The notes: generated from the letters alone by a model not told the origin. Counted from the first letter of the stretch, positions 1-10,176 are shown. The stretch is 64,000 nucleotides of DNA from Thermodesulfobacteriota bacterium (GCA_034189385.1 JAXHVD010000003.1:157336-221335), one strand, 5' to 3'. Numbers and translations are program-made.

Positions 1-70
1 AAAACGCCTGCAATGAGAGGGCTTGCCGGTTCTGGGGTACCTTCTCTGGTGCGCCCTGGGTAAGAAGGCA

Positions 71-1117
71 GTGACACCCCTTAGAGACATTCACATCCCT
101 TCATGGTGGAAACACGCGGCAGAGAGAATTCTGAAAAAGCGCTGGCGGAAGATTCTCGTCGTAGGAGCATCGAATCGCGGCAAGAGCACGTACTGCCTGT
201 TTCTGTGCCGCACGCTGTGTGAAGCGGGCTTCCCGGTGGCCTTCGTGGATGCCGATGTGGGCCAGAAGAACGTGGGGCCTCCCGCCACCATTTCCCTTGC
301 CGTCCTCGAAGGGAAGAGGGATCTCTCAACGTGGCAGCCTGAAAGGCTTTATTTCGTGGGCAATACAAGTCCTGTGGGACGGATGCTTCCCATGATCGTG
401 GGGACGAGAAAGATGGTCGATGCGGCAGACACACCCTTCGTGGTGGTAGATACCACCGGCCTTGTCCATGGCCCAGGAAGGATTCTCAAGGCATACCAAA
501 TCGATTCAATCCAGCCGGATGCCGTTGTTTGCATTGAGCACCACCAGGAGCTTGAACCTCTCGTAAGATCCCATCCCACAGTGAACATCATCAGGATTGG
601 GGCATCCCGCCACGCCGTCTTGAAATCCCGTCAGGAGCGCGCGGCCGCGCGGGAACGGTCTTTCAGGGCCTATTTCAAGAGTGCAGGGGACGTGAACCTG
701 AAGATACCCGATGTCGTGTTTCAGCCCTTTTCCATCCTTGATGCGATCCAGATGACGGTCGATGGATCCCCATATGCTGAGGAATATCCAGACGGCATCA
801 TCGGTGTTTCAAAAAACAGGAAAGAGCTCTACCAATCCGACATGACGGGTCTACGGCCAGGTCTTGAGCAGAACCTCCTTTGCGGCGTTCTGGACGGCCG
901 AGGCCATGTAAAGGGGCTGGCGCTTCTTAACAAAATGGATCTCAGTCACCAGACGGTCTCCCTTTGCACTCCGGTGCCGGCAGGCAAGATCAAGGTGCTT
1001 CAGCAGGGAGATCTTTATCTCAACAGGGACGGAAAAGAGCTGGGATATGTAGCCCACCATCGGCCCCTGTCTTCTTCCTCACAAATACCGCCTCAGGACT
1101 CCTCTTCACCCCGTTGA
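71..1117 (+). CDS. Clp1/Grc3/Nol9-family polynucleotide 5'-hydroxyl kinase
   Basis: Walker A GASNRGKST, DADVGQ motif, VVDTTG; GTG at 71 after AAGAAGG (ORF track starts at 23, same frame). Confidence 0.8.
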   Translation: MTPLRDIHIPSWWKHAAERILKKRWRKILVVGASNRGKSTYCLFLCRTLCEAGFPVAFVDADVGQKNVGPPATISLAVLEGKRDLSTWQPERLYFVGNTSPVGRMLPMIVGTRKMVDAADTPFVVVDTTGLVHGPGRILKAYQIDSIQPDAVVCIEHHQELEPLVRSHPTVNIIRIGASRHAVLKSRQERAAARERSFRAYFKSAGDVNLKIPDVVFQPFSILDAIQMTVDGSPYAEEYPDGIIGVSKNRKELYQSDMTGLRPGLEQNLLCGVLDGRGHVKGLALLNKMDLSHQTVSLCTPVPAGKIKVLQQGDLYLNRDGKELGYVAHHRPLSSSSQIPPQDSSSPR

Positions 1118-1218
1118 CCATGACAGACAAACGACTCGGTATTCATTACCCAAGGCGCTCTCTGCATCCACACCACGGGTAGGGTACAACACTTCTTATT
1201 ACTGTATTTCGGCACGAA

Positions 1219-1238
1219 AAATACAGTCTTCACCCCAT
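1219..1238 (+). promoter_or_regulatory. Conserved upstream motif copy 1 (AAATACA-GTCTTC-ACCCCAT)
   Basis: One of five copies with identical spacing; extra TAC 22 bp upstream (1200). Confidence 0.7.
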
Positions 1239-1394
1239 TTACATCTGACCCCACAAACCATAATTTTCAACCTGTACGGTGGTTCACAAAGATAGAAGGG
1301 AGGGATGGAAGTACCTGAGTTGGGCATCAACAAGAGGCTTTGATGAAGGTGAATGGACGAGACAAGCAGTCAACAAACAGAGGAGAAGGGAAAA

Positions 1395-1706
1395 ATGGAC
1401 GTAAAAGACTATTGTGGTTCTATGAGCACGGAACTGATGGCTTGGAAGGCGAAAATGTACGACATCACGCGCAGACTGGACAAATTGGGAAGCGCGGATA
1501 AAGAAAAGGTGCTTTCGCAAGTGGAGGACATGCATATCCTTGTGACGGAAATGGGTGACAGAATCGATAAGCTCAACCGGGAATGCCCTTCCGAATGGAG
1601 CCCGGACAAGAATGCCATCGATAATGCCCATACAGACATGCGTGCCAAATACGAGAGCACCATGGAGTTCATCGGAAAGGCTGCTCCCGTATCAGTCCCC
1701 GGCTAA
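1395..1706 (+). CDS. Hypothetical helical/coiled-coil protein
   Basis: ORF 1353..1706; probable start MDVKDYC after purine-rich RBS; amphipathic helical pattern. Confidence 0.7.
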   Translation: MDVKDYCGSMSTELMAWKAKMYDITRRLDKLGSADKEKVLSQVEDMHILVTEMGDRIDKLNRECPSEWSPDKNAIDNAHTDMRAKYESTMEFIGKAAPVSVPG

Positions 1707-1758
1707 AAGAAGGGTCCTGAAAGGGGCGGACAGAGAGACAAAGGAGGGAGATGCATAC

Positions 1759-1821
1759 ATGAAGATCAAGAAGATAAGAAAGACTGCCAAAGGTCTGTGC
1801 AAGTGCAAGCGTTCCTGCTAG
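1759..1821 (+). CDS. Putative 20-aa basic Cys-rich peptide MKIKKIRKTAKGLCKCKRSC
   Basis: Strong RBS AAGGAGGGAG at 1741-1750, ATG 1759, TAG 1819-1821; lies before an intrinsic terminator. Confidence 0.45.
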   Translation: MKIKKIRKTAKGLCKCKRSC

Positions 1822-1919
1822 CATGTGTGGCTGTTGCCATAATACCTGTAAGTGCCTGAGATCGACAATTCATTAGAAGACGAGGTGGAAAGATTCTCGG
1901 GCCTCGACAAATGAACAGG

Positions 1920-1947
1920 GCGGAGTCCACAGGACTCCGCTTTTTTT
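1920..1947 (+). terminator. Intrinsic terminator
   Basis: GCGGAGTCC-ACA-GGACTCCGC followed by T7. Confidence 0.85.
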
Positions 1948-2096
1948 GTCCAATGCAACGACAGAGAAGGACTGACACCGTCTCGCTAACACGTCTATGT
2001 ATCCCCTTTTCCGTTTCTGAAGGATAGGGCTTAAACCTGAGACCCATTAGCTGTCTAGACGTTGGGACATACCCACACAGACCGAAGAGGTGGACC

Positions 2097-2504
2097 ATGA
2101 CCTTGTCCTTTTACCTGAAGTTGTATGTGCTCACGATACCGGTCTTCTTTGCCATCGACATCCTATGGCTCGGCATAGCAGCCAAAGACTTCTACCAAAA
2201 ACACCTGGGTTCCCTTTTTCGCCCCAAGGTGGACTGGACCGCCGCCATTGTTTTCTATCTTATCTTTATCGTTGGCATTCTGTTCTTCGCTGTTGTGCCG
2301 GCATTGGAAAGAGGCGCCTGGACGAGAGCGGTCATCTGGGGGGGGCTCTTTGGTTTCTTTACCTACGCGACCTATGACCTGACAAACCTTGCCACCTTAA
2401 AAGACTGGCCCGTGAAGGTGGTCGTGGTGGACATGATCTGGGGCATCTTCCTCTGCAGTACTGTTTCGGCCATCAGCTTTCACATCGGCAAATGGCTCGG
2501 TTGA
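2097..2504 (+). CDS. DUF2177 family membrane protein
   Basis: IDILWLG...FY, YATYDLTNLATLKDWP..VVVDMIWG motifs. Confidence 0.85.
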   Translation: MTLSFYLKLYVLTIPVFFAIDILWLGIAAKDFYQKHLGSLFRPKVDWTAAIVFYLIFIVGILFFAVVPALERGAWTRAVIWGGLFGFFTYATYDLTNLATLKDWPVKVVVVDMIWGIFLCSTVSAISFHIGKWLG

Positions 2505-2708
2505 CGACCCCTGTCTTTGGGGCAAGACGCATCCAGCCCTGCAGATGGTTGTGTGCCTATTCTTTATGCTTGGGCTATGGATCGTACCCGCTCCTCATGA
2601 CACATGGAGAGGATTGTCCAAGGGGCAGACGTCACAGCGGCCATGTTTGCCCTCGGGCTGGGTCAACACCGCATCAATAATAACCTTGACTCTCCTACTG
2701 GGGAATGG

Positions 2709-4139
2709 ATGACGGCCCATTTGCAACAACGCGAAGCAAATCCCCAAGCCCTCGAACAGCCTGTTTCATGGCCCAAAAGGCTGGCTTACGCTGCGCCAGC
2801 GTTCGCGCTGGCCGTCGTGGGCATTCCTGTTTACGTCTACATGCCCAAATTCTACATCGATGTAGTGGGCGTGCACATCACCGTTTTGGGTTATTTGGTC
2901 CTGGGCATGCGGGTTTTTGACGCTTTAACGGATCCCGCCATTGGCTTTCTATCGGACCGCACGAAGACACCCTTTGGCAGACGACGCCCCTTTATGGCCT
3001 TGGGATCCATCGCCTTGGCCGGGGCCATCTATCTGCTTTTCAACCCTCCCCACGGCTCCCCAACCTTTGAAACCGTGTGGTTCGGGATTCTCATGTTCGC
3101 CCTCTTTCTTTTCTGGACACTAGTGGTGGTCCCCTATGAATCCCTCGGCCCAGAGATCACCTTTGACTATCACGAAAGGACAACGCTCTTTAGTCTCAGA
3201 GACGGGGCCCTCATTGCTGGCACCCTGGTGGCTGCAAGCTCCCCGGCAGGCATCACCTATCTCTTTGATCTGCCAGGTGATGCCGCAGGAGAAAGGGCCA
3301 AGTTCTTCTGGATATCCCTTTGTTATGTGCCCCTTGTCATAGGGCTCTGCTGGTGGTGCGTTGTGGCCACTCAGGAGATGGAACAAGGGATTCCGAGCCC
3401 GTCGTTTCGCCTTGAAAAAGGCATGAAAACCATGGCTCGAAACCGTCCCTTCGTGATCCTCTTGGTATCTTACACGGTGAGTGCCTTTGGGAACAACCTG
3501 CCGGCCACCTTGATTCTCTTCTACGTGGAATATGTCCTCCAATCACAACAGGCCGATCTGTTTCTGCTTCTGTACTTTGTTGTTGGAATCCTGTTCCTTC
3601 CAGGGTGGATTCAGGTGTCTCACAAAATGGGCAAGAAGAGGGCCTGGATCCTCTCCATGGCCCTCAATACCGGGGCCTTTGTAGGGGTTTTCTTCCTGGG
3701 TCCCGGGGACGCTCACCTCTACGGTGTATTGGTGTGCCTCTCCGGTATTGGCTTTGGTGCGACCCTGGCGCTGCCGTCGGCCATGCAAGCAGACGTGATT
3801 GATTACGACGAACTGCTTTCCGGAAAAAGACGCGAGGGCCAGTATGTGGGATTCTGGTCTGTTTCCAAGAAGCTGGCCGCAGCGCTTGGCGTGGGCGCCG
3901 CTCTCGCCATCTTGGGCACGATGGGATATGAACCGGGAACGGAGCAATCGCCCAAAGTGATGCTGTCCCTTCGGGTACTGTATGCCTTGGTCCCCTCCCT
4001 GTGCAATCTGGCAGCCTTGCTCATTGCCTTGGCCTATCCTATCGATTTGCTTGCTCACGAAAAGATCAAACAGGCGATCGCCGAGAGAAAGTCGGGCCGT
4101 CCGGTGATCGATCCTATCAGGGAGAAACAATTGCCATGA
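2709..4139 (+). CDS. MFS transporter, GPH/MelB-like family
   Basis: ~12 hydrophobic segments; DALTDPAIGFLSDRTKTPFGRRRPF and ADVIDYDEL..GKRREG motifs; start uncertain (2604 or 2709). Confidence 0.85.
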   Translation: MTAHLQQREANPQALEQPVSWPKRLAYAAPAFALAVVGIPVYVYMPKFYIDVVGVHITVLGYLVLGMRVFDALTDPAIGFLSDRTKTPFGRRRPFMALGSIALAGAIYLLFNPPHGSPTFETVWFGILMFALFLFWTLVVVPYESLGPEITFDYHERTTLFSLRDGALIAGTLVAASSPAGITYLFDLPGDAAGERAKFFWISLCYVPLVIGLCWWCVVATQEMEQGIPSPSFRLEKGMKTMARNRPFVILLVSYTVSAFGNNLPATLILFYVEYVLQSQQADLFLLLYFVVGILFLPGWIQVSHKMGKKRAWILSMALNTGAFVGVFFLGPGDAHLYGVLVCLSGIGFGATLALPSAMQADVIDYDELLSGKRREGQYVGFWSVSKKLAAALGVGAALAILGTMGYEPGTEQSPKVMLSLRVLYALVPSLCNLAALLIALAYPIDLLAHEKIKQAIAERKSGRPVIDPIREKQLP

Positions 4140-4927
4140 ATCTGACGACACTTCTCTTGATAACGAACCTGACAGCGGCACTGGCCTACATGGCCTGCCT
4201 CTGGCCCGTGAGTCTCCTAAAAAAGGATGCGAGTATTGCAGACATTTTCTGGGGCCTCGGATTTGTGATGATCGCCTGGCTGAGTTTTTTTCTGACGGAT
4301 GGATATGTGGTGAGGAAAATGCTCATCGTCTCCCTTACGAGCATCTGGGGAATCCGCCTGTTTCTCCACATATTGCTGCGAAACAAGGGAAAAGGGGAAG
4401 ACCCCCGTTATGTGGCCATGCGAAAAAGCCGCGGCAAGAAGTTCTGGTGGGTCAGCCTGTTCACCGTTTTTCTCTTGCAAGGTTTCCTACTCTGGGTCGT
4501 CTCCATGCCCCTTCAGCTCGGTCAGTTGGCCCCCCTTCCCGCGGCATTCACGTGGCTGGATGGGCTCGGCCTCTTCATTTGGACGGTGGGATTCACCTTC
4601 GAAGCGGTCGGCGACTGGCAACTCGCTCGGTTTCTAAAGAACCCTGAAAACCGGGGATCTGTGATGAATAGAGGTCTTTGGGCTTACAGCAGACACCCCA
4701 ACTATTTTGGCGAATCATTGATCTGGTGGGGTGTATACGTCATCGCCTTAGCTGCGCCTGGAACCTTTTGGGGCATCATTGGTCCGGCAACCATCACGTT
4801 CCTTTTGTTGAAAGTATCGGGCGTGCCCATGCTTGAGGAAACCCTTCGGGAGCAGCCTGAATACAGGGCCTACATAGAGAAAACGAGCGCCTTCTTCCCC
4901 TGGTTTCCACGCAAAGACAAACCATGA
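4136..4927 (+). CDS. DUF1295 (steroid 5-alpha reductase-like) membrane protein
   Basis: GEDPRY, GDWQL, GLWAYSRHPNYFGE motifs; ATGA overlap with MFS stop. Confidence 0.9.
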   Translation: MNLTTLLLITNLTAALAYMACLWPVSLLKKDASIADIFWGLGFVMIAWLSFFLTDGYVVRKMLIVSLTSIWGIRLFLHILLRNKGKGEDPRYVAMRKSRGKKFWWVSLFTVFLLQGFLLWVVSMPLQLGQLAPLPAAFTWLDGLGLFIWTVGFTFEAVGDWQLARFLKNPENRGSVMNRGLWAYSRHPNYFGESLIWWGVYVIALAAPGTFWGIIGPATITFLLLKVSGVPMLEETLREQPEYRAYIEKTSAFFPWFPRKDKP

Positions 4928-5037
4928 AACATCTCATCGAATGGGCGGAGAAGGGGCTTCTGCCCGTTGGACACTGTGCCGTGGCCTCAACGGTGGCGCA
5001 TCTTTTTCATGGCCTGCGCCGAGCCGTGGGGGTTTGA
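4924..5037 (+). pseudogene. Truncated N-terminus of a probable CFA-like SAM-dependent methyltransferase
   Basis: ATGA-coupled to DUF1295 stop; [14 protein letters not shown] resembles the N-terminus of the methyltransferase often found after DUF1295, then similarity is lost and the frame stops after 37 codons. Confidence 0.45.
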
Positions 5038-5124
5038 AAAGGGTCAGCCATGGCTGGTGTCCCATTATCGGCTCCGCAAGGGATAGACAGGGCATCTAAA
5101 AGCGCCTCTGTAAAATCGGGAGGC

Positions 5125-6444
5125 TCATGTGCTTTTTCCGGAAGAAGGAGGCAGTTCGGGCAAAATGGGCGTGCTGCGACAAAACGGCTTTGCCATAAGC
5201 ATTTGCACATTGCCCAGATAGCGTTCTTCAAATCCCCCTTCGCAGTAACAAAGGTAATACTCCCACAGCCGGATAAAGGTATCAGAGTAGCCCAAGGCAC
5301 GGACCTGTTCGATATTTTCAAAGAAGCGCTGCCGCCATGCCCGCAGCGTTTTCGCATAGTGGGGGGTTAAATCCTCCAAGTGAACGACGCGCAGATCCGT
5401 GGAGCGCGCCACAGCCAGGCACATGGCGGTAAGGGACGGAATGCAGCTGCCAGGGAAGATATAGCGTTTGACGAAATCAACGGATCGCTTGTGCTGATCG
5501 TATACGGCATCTGCGATGGTGATGGCCTGAAGAAGCATCATGCCGTCTCTTTTCAAGAGCCTGCTGCAACACTGAAAAAAGGTCTCCAGAAATTGATGGC
5601 CAACCGCTTCGATCATCTCAATGGAAACCACTTTGTCATAGAGGCCCTCCAGATCGCGATAGTCTTTCAAAAGGAGGGTGACCCGGTCGCCCAATCCCTC
5701 GCCGTCAATGTATTCTTTGGCCCATTCGAATTGGGCGGGGGAAATGGTGGTGGTGGTGACCCGACAGCCGTAATGCTGGGCCGCATGCATGGCAAACCCG
5801 CCCCATCCGGTGCCGATCTCCAGGACATGATCAGAGGATTGTAGATCCAGTTTCAGGCAAATGCGGTCATATTTGGCCACGGAGGCCTCTCTGAGGGTGG
5901 ACGCCTCCGTTTCGAAAATCCCGCACGAATAGGTCATGGTATCATCCAAAAAGAGCTGGTAGAAATCGTTTCCCAGGTCGTAGTGTGCCACGATATTGGC
6001 CCTGCTCCCTGCCCTTGTATTTTTGTTGAGCCAGTGAAACCACTGATGTATGGGCTCCATGAACCGTCCCCATCCGCTATCCATCTTCTCAAAGATGTGG
6101 CGGTTTAGAACCATGATCCGTATGACCATGGTCAAGTCATCGGCGGACCAGTCGCCAGCCATGTAAGCCTCAGCCGCTCCGATGCTGCCGCCCCATAGGG
6201 CCCTTCGGTAAAAACGGGGGTGGTGGATCGTCACGACCGCACGAAGGGGAAAATCTTCTGAAGCCTTTCCAAAGGCAAGGCGCTCGCCATTATCCTCCAG
6301 GAGAAGCTCACCAATGTCCACATCCTCCAATAGGGCCATCACCATCCTTTTGGCCAGGCGATTCAGAGGCCCCCGGACTAAGGCATGAGGTGGAGCCGTT
6401 CTGTCCGTCTCCGCGGGAATGATGGATGTTCTCATGATGTTCAT
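5125..6444 (-). CDS. cfa: Cyclopropane-fatty-acyl-phospholipid synthase family methyltransferase (UfaM-like)
   Basis: HYDLGNDFY, MTYSC, VLEIGTGWG, SIEMIEAVG, YIFPG motifs. Confidence 0.9.
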   Translation of the reverse strand: MNIMRTSIIPAETDRTAPPHALVRGPLNRLAKRMVMALLEDVDIGELLLEDNGERLAFGKASEDFPLRAVVTIHHPRFYRRALWGGSIGAAEAYMAGDWSADDLTMVIRIMVLNRHIFEKMDSGWGRFMEPIHQWFHWLNKNTRAGSRANIVAHYDLGNDFYQLFLDDTMTYSCGIFETEASTLREASVAKYDRICLKLDLQSSDHVLEIGTGWGGFAMHAAQHYGCRVTTTTISPAQFEWAKEYIDGEGLGDRVTLLLKDYRDLEGLYDKVVSIEMIEAVGHQFLETFFQCCSRLLKRDGMMLLQAITIADAVYDQHKRSVDFVKRYIFPGSCIPSLTAMCLAVARSTDLRVVHLEDLTPHYAKTLRAWRQRFFENIEQVRALGYSDTFIRLWEYYLCYCEGGFEERYLGNVQMLMAKPFCRSTPILPELPPSSGKST

Positions 6445-7214
6445 GCCTCCTTGCCAGACAGTCGCTTGGCAGGATGCGTGTAAACCGGGGCCCCTTTCCA
6501 CTTGAGGCGAAGGGCCTGCCAGTATATCATGGCCACGACCTTCAATGTCATGGGGGGGTAGGACAGCAACACCCGTGCGAGGTTGTTGCTATTCAGCTCG
6601 CGCCGCTCCAAAGAGAGGGTGGCGTCAAAAAGCTTCTGCCTGACATCATGGAGGTTGAAATGAACCCGAATCTTCTGGTCCGGCTCCCGAAACCGCCAGT
6701 CATAATGCATCGCCATATCCATGAAAGGCGAAACGTGGAAACTTTTCACAAACCGAAACTGCTTCCATCCCTTCAGGCCATGTTCATTCGCGGATTCTCC
6801 TAAGACATAGCAATGTTCCTCACCCCATGGGGTGTTATGGACTTCAGCGACAATCGTCTCCACCTTATTCCCGGACCCATCGTAACAGTAGTAAAAGCTC
6901 ACAGGATTGAAGTTATGCCCAAAATACCTTAGGTGGGTCAGCAACCGAATGGGCCCGGAAGGACGCCCTCCGAGCTCCTCCTCCACAAGATCCCTTACCG
7001 CACGATCTAAGGGAAGGCGCGGGTCCCCCAAATGGTCCCTCCGACGGAAATAGGCTAGATTGGGTGTGCCCACAGACCAGAACAGACGGCCATCAAAAAC
7101 CCCGTCCAGTTCCGAAAGGTCCAGGTACACCATGAACAGCCTGTACCAAAAGGCGTTGGTCACCGGCCGGAAACGACGGTGGCGAACATGACCCTCGTAG
7201 ATGCAGCTCACCAT
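6441..7214 (-). CDS. DUF1365 family protein (UfaO-like)
   Basis: YEGHVRHRR, FNPVSFYYC, EVHNTPWGE, KSFHVSPFM, IYWQALRL. Confidence 0.9.
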   Translation of the reverse strand: MVSCIYEGHVRHRRFRPVTNAFWYRLFMVYLDLSELDGVFDGRLFWSVGTPNLAYFRRRDHLGDPRLPLDRAVRDLVEEELGGRPSGPIRLLTHLRYFGHNFNPVSFYYCYDGSGNKVETIVAEVHNTPWGEEHCYVLGESANEHGLKGWKQFRFVKSFHVSPFMDMAMHYDWRFREPDQKIRVHFNLHDVRQKLFDATLSLERRELNSNNLARVLLSYPPMTLKVVAMIYWQALRLKWKGAPVYTHPAKRLSGKEA

Positions 7215-7216
7215 GG

Positions 7217-8461
7217 CTAGAGCGTCTTTCCAAATGGCCGGCACACGGCAAGGGCGCTCTTCACACCGTCCTCGTGGAAGCCAAAACCCCAATAGGCCCC
7301 GCAAAAAGAGGTGCGATTGACGCCGTTGATCTCCTCATGACCCTCCTGCGCCTTCAGGCTCTGAGGAGTGTACACCGGATGATGATAGACCATCTGGTCA
7401 ATCACACGTGCGGGGTCGATTCCCCCTGGATAATTAAGCGATACACAAAACTCCACAGGGGCTTTCAGACTTTGCAGGATACTCATGTCGTAGGTGACCG
7501 CCACCCTGCCGGTGTGGGCCTTTGGCACATGGTAGTTCCAGCTCGCCCAGCACTCCCTCTTCTTGGGCAGTAACGTCTCATCGGTGTGAAGAACGGTCAC
7601 GTTCTCCTGATAGGGCATGGCGCTGAGAATGCGGGCCTCTTCTTCTGAAGGGTCGGCCAGCAACGCCAGGGCCTGGTCACTGTGGGTGGCCATGACCACG
7701 TGATCAAAATGCTCGGGACCACCCCCCCCATGGACTACCTCCACGCGGTCTTCATGACGCGTTACTCTTTTTACCGCACAGGAAAGGCGGATGCGGTCTC
7801 GAAACCCCCTGGTGAGCTCATGAACATAATTCCTGGACCCGCCCCTTATGACGAGCCACTGGGGTTGATCGGTCACGTTCAAAAACCCGTGGTTGTCAAA
7901 AAACCGGACAAAGAAACGGGCCGGAAAGTTCCAGAATTGATCAGGATCCGCAGACCAGATGGCCGCCCCCATGGGGATGATAAAGTCATGTATAAAGGCT
8001 TGGGAGTATCCCTCGGCCTTCAGATAGTCTCCCAAAGCCCTGTCATCTCCTCTCTCTCCAAGGATTTTTTTAGACCGCCTTCTAAAGCGGAAAATGTCCA
8101 ATACCATCCGGTAGAAGGCAGGCCGAAAGAGATTCTTCCTCTGGGCGAAAAGGCTATTCAATGAACTGGGGCTATACTCCAAGCCACTTGTTTCCGACGT
8201 GACGCTGAAACTCATCTTAGACGGCTGCCAGGCAACAGCTAAGCGCTTCAAGAGTTTCAGGAAATTTGGATAGGTCTTTTCATTGAAAACGATAAAACCG
8301 GTGTCCACGGCATAGGTTTTACCGGCCTTCTCCACATCCACGGTGTGCGTGTGGCCGCCCACATAGTCGTTGGCCTCAAAGACGGTGATCTCATGGTCCT
8401 CACAAAGAAGATAGGCGCACACCAATCCCGATATCCCTGAACCGATAATGGCAATCTTCAT
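7217..8461 (-). CDS. NAD/FAD-dependent oxidoreductase (UfaD-like)
   Basis: KIAIIGSGISG, GGHTHT, DTGFIVFNEKTYPNF, GAYWGFGFHEDG. Confidence 0.9.
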   Translation of the reverse strand: MKIAIIGSGISGLVCAYLLCEDHEITVFEANDYVGGHTHTVDVEKAGKTYAVDTGFIVFNEKTYPNFLKLLKRLAVAWQPSKMSFSVTSETSGLEYSPSSLNSLFAQRKNLFRPAFYRMVLDIFRFRRRSKKILGERGDDRALGDYLKAEGYSQAFIHDFIIPMGAAIWSADPDQFWNFPARFFVRFFDNHGFLNVTDQPQWLVIRGGSRNYVHELTRGFRDRIRLSCAVKRVTRHEDRVEVVHGGGGPEHFDHVVMATHSDQALALLADPSEEEARILSAMPYQENVTVLHTDETLLPKKRECWASWNYHVPKAHTGRVAVTYDMSILQSLKAPVEFCVSLNYPGGIDPARVIDQMVYHHPVYTPQSLKAQEGHEEINGVNRTSFCGAYWGFGFHEDGVKSALAVCRPFGKTL

Positions 8462-8503
8462 CTCTGACTACCAAAAAGCGCTGTGGGTAGAACCATCCCT
8501 TTA

Positions 8504-9500
8504 TTATCCCGTCCCCTCTTTAACACCAGGGGCTAGGGCAGGCTTGTATATGTGGTCAGGCACCGGCCTCAGGTCCCAAACCATGCCAAGAAAGGCCATG
8601 AGCCGGAGCAGATAGTACGTGATGTCGATCTCCCACCCAAAAAAAACCCTGACGGGCCGAAATGGCATAATGGTGATGGTTGTTGTGCCATCCCTCGCCC
8701 AAGGTGATAAGTGCCAGAAGGGCGTTGTCGCGACTTGTGTCCGGGGTGTCGTATCGTCTGTTGCCGATCATATGATCCAGCGAGTTGATCGTAAAGGTTC
8801 CGTGGAACAGGGCCACAGTAGAAATCAGAAAACCCCAGACAAACATCTGCGCACCGTCTGTATTTAGCTGCGGTTGGGTCTCTGCCATCATCTCACCCAG
8901 CGCAAAGAGGGATAGGGCCAGAATAAACGGAATCACGGTGTCAAACCGGTTGATCCAGACCAGCTCTGGAAACTTGAACCAGTCTTTCACATAGCGTTTT
9001 CTCGTGGGAAAATTTCGCCTGGAGGTTATCCAGCCCACGTGGCTCCACCAAAAGCCGTGCAGAGAAGGGGAATGAATGTCTGCCTCTTGGTCGGCAAACC
9101 GGTGGTGGTGGCGATGATGGGCCGCCCACCAGAGCGGCTCCCGCTGAACAGAGGCGTTTCCGGCCACCGCAAAGAGGAATTGCCAGAAGCGGTTGGTCTT
9201 AAAGGCACGATGGGAGAAATACCGGTGGTAGAATCCCGTGATGGCAAACATGCGTAACACATATAGCGCCAATGCCACCCCCACTGCAGTCCAGCTCCAT
9301 CCCACCACAAATACCAAGAGGCAAGATAGGTGCAGAAGTGCGAATGGGGCCACCCGCAACCAGTCTATACCGGAAGCACGTTCATCCTCTGTGGCCCCTG
9401 CACCTGCTTCAGAGTCGAACCATCGGACAATCGAAAGTAGGGCATCTGAGTGACTCGTCTTCTCTCTTCGTTTTGCCTGCCTGTTCATTTTACATTTCAA
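8504..9500 (-). CDS. Membrane fatty acid (delta-9-type) desaturase with an apparent 1-nt frameshift near the 3' end
   Basis: His boxes HRYFSH, HRHHH, HNNHH; conserved tail WEIDITYYLLRLMAFLGMVWDLR lies in another frame after the T8/GGG tract at ~8636-8646 and ends at 8504. Confidence 0.85.
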
Positions 9501-9545
9501 TAGACATATTTCGCAATAAGCGTAGCACTTGAACGGAAAAAATGA

Positions 9546-9565
9546 ATAGGGTCTTATGTGTATTT
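9546..9565 (-). promoter_or_regulatory. Conserved upstream motif copy 2 (AAATACA-CATAAG-ACCCTAT)
   Basis: Minus strand, upstream of the desaturase operon; second TAC 22 bp upstream (9582-9584). Confidence 0.65.
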
Positions 9566-9612
9566 AGGTGTCAAGAAGACCGTAATTTTTTTGCTTGGAA
9601 TGGCCGAAAAAA

Positions 9613-9628
9613 TGGCATATTGATAGCT
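9613..9628 (+). promoter_or_regulatory. Possible sigma-54 promoter
   Basis: TGGCATATTGATAGCT has GG-N10-GC spacing, upstream of DUF1499 gene. Confidence 0.35.
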
Positions 9629-9706
9629 GAAGCGGCTGCCTTTGTTAAATAAGGGAGGACCCGAAGGCTGAAACAGTCCGGTAATCGAAAACGCTTCATT
9701 TGCTGG

Positions 9707-10135
9707 ATGATAGGGATCTCTTTTATCCTGACGTTAGTGCAGTGTTCGGGAATCAGAAGTGACATGATAGGTATCCTTGACGGAAGGTTTAGCCCCTGTC
9801 CTGAATCGCCCAATTGCGTTTCTTCTCAAAGCGACGATCCATCACACTTCATTGAGCCCCTGGACTATGAAGGTTCATTGATGGCGTCTCGACAACATCT
9901 TCTAGACATCTTGAAGTCCATGCGTGGCGCAGAAGTGATCACTGAGACAGAAACCTACATCCACGCCACCTTTACGTCCCGCATCTTCCGGTTTGTAGAC
10001 GATGTGGAATTCTATTTTGTTCAGGATGTCCCCGTCATCCATGTGCGATCGGCTTCTCGGGTGGGCTATTCCGATCTGGGGGTGAATCGGAAAAGGGTTG
10101 AGAAAATCCGCAAAGCTTTTAGATCGTTAACGTGA
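9707..10135 (+). CDS. DUF1499 family protein
   Basis: PCPESPNCVSSQ, FRFVDDVEF, VRSASRVGYSDLGVNRKR. Confidence 0.9.
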   Translation: MIGISFILTLVQCSGIRSDMIGILDGRFSPCPESPNCVSSQSDDPSHFIEPLDYEGSLMASRQHLLDILKSMRGAEVITETETYIHATFTSRIFRFVDDVEFYFVQDVPVIHVRSASRVGYSDLGVNRKRVEKIRKAFRSLT

Positions 10136-10176
10136 CCTTTCCCCGTTCTCTCATCGCCATCCCACCTGCCTGTTTG

